From contig JAUCBJ010001524.1 of NCBI GenBank assembly GCA_032718475.1, positions 1-42,536 of the forward strand: a stretch of DNA of 42,536 nucleotides, read 5' to 3'. The translations under genes were made by a program, and so were the position numbers. Under the pieces are notes generated by a model. The model ran no database searches. It saw only the letters and a program-made list of their open reading frames with translations, and was not told the DNA's origin. The DNA comes from Nemertoderma westbladi. Taxonomy: Eukaryota > Animalia > Xenacoelomorpha. This document shows positions 37,901 to 42,536 of the stretch, piece after piece (the stretch's first letter is position 1; each line of letters begins with the position of its first letter).

Positions 37901-40846
37901 TCACAGTAAGCATACAAATCGTGGCACTCGTCCATTCAATCACAGTAAGCATACAAATCGTGGCACTCGTCCATTCAATCACAGTAAGCATACAAATCGT
38001 GGCACTCGTCCATTCAATCACAGTAAGCATACAAATCGTGGCACTCGTCCATTCAATCACAGTAAGCATAAAAATCGTGGCACTCGTCCATTCAATCACA
38101 GTAAGCATACAAATCGTGGCACTCGTCCATTCAATCACAGTAAGCATAAAAATCGTGGCACTCGTCCATTCAATCACAGTAAGCATACAAATCGTGGCAC
38201 TCGTCCATTCAATCACAGTAAGCATACAAATCGTGGCACTCGTCCATTCAATCACAGTAAGCATACAAATCGTGGCACTCGTCCATTCAATCACAGTAAG
38301 CATAAAAATCGTGGCACTCGTCCATTCAATCACAGTAAGCATACAAATCGTGGCACTCGTCCATTCAATCACAGTAAGCATACAAATCGTGGCACTCGTC
38401 CATTCAATCACAGTAAGCATAAAAATCGTGGCACTCGTCCATTCAATCACAGTAAGCATACAAATCGTGGCACTCGTCCATTCAATTACAGTAAGCATAA
38501 AAATCGTGGCACTCGTCCATTCAATCACAGTAAGCAAAAAATCGTGGCACTCGTCCATTCAATCACAGTAAGCATAAAAATAGTGGGACTCGTCCATTCA
38601 ATCACAGTAAGCATAAAAATCGTGGCACTCGTCCATTCAATCACAGTAAGCATACAAATCGTGGCACTCGTCCATTCAATCACAGTAAGCATAAAAATCG
38701 TGGCACTCGTCCATTCAATCACAGTAAGCATAAAAATCGTGGCACTCGTCCATTCAATCACAGTAAGCATACAAATCGTGGCACTCGTCCATTCAATCAC
38801 AGTAAGCATACAAATCGTGGCACTCGTCCATTCAATCACAGTAAGCATACAAATCGTGGCACTCGTCCATTCAATCACAGTAAGCATACAAATCGTGGCA
38901 CTCGTCCATTCAATCACAGTAAGCATAAAAATCGTGGCACTCGTCCATTCAATCACAGTAAGCATAAAAATCGTGGCACTCGTCCATTCAATCACAGTAA
39001 GCATACAAATCGTGGCACTCGTCCATTCAATCACAGTAAGCATACAAATCGTGGCACTCGTCCATTCAATCACAGTAAGCATACAAATCGTGGCACTCGT
39101 CCATTCAATCACAGTAAGCATACAAATCGTGGCACTCGTCCATTCAATCACAGTAAGCATACAAATCGTGGCACTCGTCCATTCAATCACAGTAAGCATA
39201 AAAATCGTGGCACTCGTCCATTCAATCACAGTAAGCATACAAATCGTGGCACTCGTCCATTCAATCACAGTAAGCATAAAAATCGTGGCACTCGTCCATT
39301 CAATCACAGTAAGCATAAAAATCGTGGCACTCGTCCATTCAATCACAGTAAGCATAAAAATCGTGGCACTCGTCCATTCAATCACAGTAAGCATACAAAT
39401 CGTGGCACTCGTCCATTCAATCACAGTAAGCATACAAATCGTGGCACTCGTCCATTCAATCACAGTAAGCATAAAAATCGTGGCACTCGTCTATTCAATC
39501 ACAGTAAGCATACAAATCGTGGCACTCGTCCATTCAATCACAGTAAGCATAAAAATCGTGGCACTCGTCCATTCAATCACAGTAAGCATAAAAATCGTGG
39601 GACTCGTCCATTCAATCACAGTAAGCGTAAAAATCGTGGCACTCGTCCATTCAATCACAGTAAGCATACAAATCGTGGCACTCGTCCATTCAATCACAGT
39701 AAGCATACAAATCGTGGCACTCGTCCATTCAATCACAGTAAGCATACAAATCGTGGCACTCGTCCATTCAATCACAGTAAGCATACAAATCGTGGCACTC
39801 GTCCATTCAATCACAGTAAGCATACAAATCGTGGCACTCGTCCATTCAATCACAGTAAGCATACAAATCGTGGCACTCGTCCATTCAATCACAGTAAGCA
39901 TACAAATCGTGGCACTCGTCCATTCAATCACAGTAAGCATAAAAATCGTGGCACTCGTCCATTCAATCACAGTAAGCATACAAATCGTGGCACTCGTCCA
40001 TTCAATCACAGTAAGCATACAAATCGTGGCACTCGTCCATTCAATCACAGTAAGCATACAAATCGTGGCACTCGTCCATTCAATCACAGTAAGCATACAA
40101 ATCGTGGCACTCGTCCATTCAATCACAGTAAGCATACAAATCGTGGCACTCGTCCATTCAATCACAGTAAGCATAAAAATCGTGGCACTCGTCCATTCAA
40201 TCACAGTAAGCATACAAATCGTGGCACTCGTCCATTCAATCACAGTAAGCATAAAAATCGTGGCACTCGTCCATTCAATCACAGTAAGCATACAAATCGT
40301 GGCACTCGTCCATTCAATCACAGTAAGCATACAAATCGTGGCACTCGTCCATTCAATCACAGTAAGCATACAAATCGTGGCACTCGTCCATTCAATCACA
40401 GTAAGCATACAAATCGTGGCACTCGTCCATTCAATCACAGTAAGCATACAAATCGTGGCACTCGTCCATTCAATCACAGTAAGCATACAAATCGTGGCAC
40501 TCGTCCATTCAATCACAGTAAGCATACAAATCGTGGCACTCGTCCATTCAATCACAGTAAGCATACAAATCGTGGCACTCGTCCATTCAATCACAGTAAG
40601 CATACAAATCGTGGCACTCGTCCATTCAATCACAGTAAGCGTAAAAATCGTGGCACTCGTCCATTCAATCACAGTAAGCATACAAATCGTGGCACTCGTC
40701 CATTCAATCACAGTAAGCATACAAATCGTGGGACTCGTCCATTCAATCACAGTAAGCATAAAAATCGTGGCACTCGTCCATTCAATCACAGTAAGCATAC
40801 AAATCGTGGCACTCGTCCATTCAATCACAGTAAGCATACAAATCGT
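25934..40846. repeat. 39-bp satellite, ~15 kb (~380 units), intronic, with higher-order structure
   Basis: Unit AATCGTGGCACTCGTCCATTCAATCACAGTAAGCATA(C/A)A; lies inside the 17.4-kb intron 24376..41775. Confidence 0.98.
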
Positions 40847-41284
40847 TTGTATGAGTTAAGATCAGTATCAAACAATCACAAGTGTAATAAAAATCCGGGC
40901 AAACCAAAATCGTAAAACTTCATAAAGCTCGCTGTTGGAAAAATTGGCAATTACAACAAACGCTTATATTAATGTTCAACAATGGTGGTACACTGTGTGG
41001 ATATCAAAAAGGAGAAAATTCGTGATGACTTTACTGGGTAAAGTTCCATGAATAACGGATAAGCAAAAGTGCTTGGCTTTAGGGTAGCGGCGCTATACAA
41101 TTTTATTGCAGCTTAGCTACAATTACAATCTCGATGGAATGTATATTAACATTTTGCCTACGATGGCTTCTAAGTTAAATACCCCACCCAGCCAGTGCAC
41201 AATTTTGTGCTTTGTAAATAGGTTTTTGCCCAGGTCACCGGTGGTATCATAATAGATAATAATAATAATAATCATCATCATAAT

Positions 41285-41483
41285 AGTTAGTGCGTTTAGA
41301 AGGACCTTTTTCTAAGTGACCAAAAATATGATTTAAAATGAAATAACCGGGTATATTTCGGGCAACAGTTGATAAAAGCTTCTATGAGTTGATAAAGGGC
41401 TGTTGCCCGAAATATACTCGGTTATTTCATTTTAAATCATATTTTTGGTCACTTAGAAAAAGGTCCTTGTAAACGCACTAACT
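41285..41483. repeat. Long inverted repeat (84-bp arms, 31-bp spacer), possible Penelope-like element remnant
   Basis: 41285..41368 is the reverse complement of 41400..41483 with 2 mismatches. Confidence 0.85.
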
Positions 41484-41775
41484 CATTGTCTATTAATTTT
41501 GTGCTTTGGCAGCCTCATGGAGTGAATAAGCAGGGTGGACAACCCATGACTTTCTTGAGACGCATCATAAAGAACACTGGCCATGTAAATACCGATGATT
41601 CTAGCAAATGTCATGGTGATGGGAGTTGTGGCGGCGTAATTTTGTCGACAAGCCGGTACAGCATTCTTAATATATTATTTTTTTTATCATATATATATAA
41701 TGCAGCTACAATAATAAGACCGGTAAGCTGATACCTTCCTTCACTACGTGGCACGCCGCACACACTTACACGAAC

Positions 41776-41982
41776 CTTATCATTTAGTTTGCTTGTGTTC
41801 TCCAAGAACTCCTCGTAAGTGAGAGTTGCGCAAAACGCAACGGTATCCGATGCTGCCGCGTTAATGAAGTCGGCGATTGGATCGTGAGTGTTGTCCAACA
41901 TCTTCTCAACGTCGTACAACTCAAAGAATATCATTAGCTTCACTGTGAGCAAAGTGTCATCCTTAGTTCGTACCTCGCTTAC
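41776..41982 (-). CDS. SPFH/band-7-like protein, internal exon (upstream exons lie beyond the window)
   Basis: Acceptor TTTCCAG|; encodes VSEVRTKDDTLLTVKLMIFFELYDVEKMLDNTHDPIADFINAAASDTVAFCATLTYEEFLENTSKLNDK. The V.T.D..L.V pattern followed by ML...DP, ..EEF, G..I.KV and a coiled coil resembles SPFH and major-vault-protein shoulder domains. Family call is from recall, not a search. Confidence 0.8.
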
Positions 41983-42536
41983 CTGGAAAGATAGACACGT
42001 AAGCCTTTGGGTCACTTTAATCTTTGGCGCATAATTCACTTGTTTCATCGGCTTTCGGTCCAGTGCTTTACAGTTCATTGCAAGGTAGCGGCTTAGCCCG
42101 GGCCGCGAGGGAGTTAAGCCTTTTCAAATTAGCGAAAGATCAGCTGTACGTGCAGGTATTTAGTACCTATCCTATACCTACAACGAAAATTAATTTTGCA
42201 AATAGCCTTTTGAAATTTAGTATATACAATGAAGTGATGAAGAGAGTGTTGAAAATAAATAGTATTGGTCAAATTTTATGATATTAATTATTATTTTCGT
42301 CGAATAATATAATATAATCAATAAATACTAGAATGTCTGTTTAGGAAGGTAGGCGAAAACATCGGCTTTTTCTGTAGAACGTCAAAAAATAACGATACAA
42401 AAATAAATGCACTGTAAATTTGAAAAATACTGAAAAATAAATGAACCCGGAAATTGAAATAGAACGGTGATGTTTGACATTGGATTGACTTCGGATTGGC
42501 TACTATACACAAATACACTAATAGGGGAGGGACTGC

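Noticed and set aside
22924-40846. CRISPR-like arrays
   Set aside because: Units are head-to-tail with no unique spacers, there are no cas genes, and the context is spliceosomal genes.
25765-40859. Long repetitive ORFs (IVALVHSITVSIQ, MLTVIEWTSATIC, NRGTRPFNHSKHT) as proteins
   Set aside because: A 39-bp unit is 13 codons, so about half of the frames are expected to be stop-free by chance, and 3 of 6 are. Recurrent 1-bp deletions break the frames, and the array lies in an intron.

Overview
AT-rich eukaryotic (animal-like) genomic DNA with three spliced genes. (1) A 4-exon, 208-aa calmodulin-like four-EF-hand protein on the minus strand, join(14272..14444,3700..3867,2328..2472,931..1071). (2) Head-to-head with it, a 3-exon axonemal dynein light chain 1 (DNAL1/LC1) on the plus strand, 16145..17595, with an RFX X-box-like motif upstream. 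(3) The last three coding exons of an SPFH/band-7-like coiled-coil protein on the minus strand, 21150..41982. About half the window is intronic tandem repeat: a 38-bp satellite, a 46-bp minisatellite and a ~15-kb 39-bp satellite with higher-order structure. The long repetitive ORFs in the 39-bp array are judged non-coding. A 5'-truncated APE-RT LINE sits inside the 38-bp satellite and is itself interrupted twice by a ~615-bp non-coding element flanked by ACA direct repeats; a third, diverged member lies at 14577..15193. The most unusual signals are this ACA-targeting element family without terminal inverted repeats, whose ends form an inverted repeat when joined; two intronic arrays built from copies of the host intron's own 5' splice site; and a strong GTT(AG) donor bias. 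SINEs, MITEs and a Penelope-like foldback are also present. All calls were made by eye, with no database searches.
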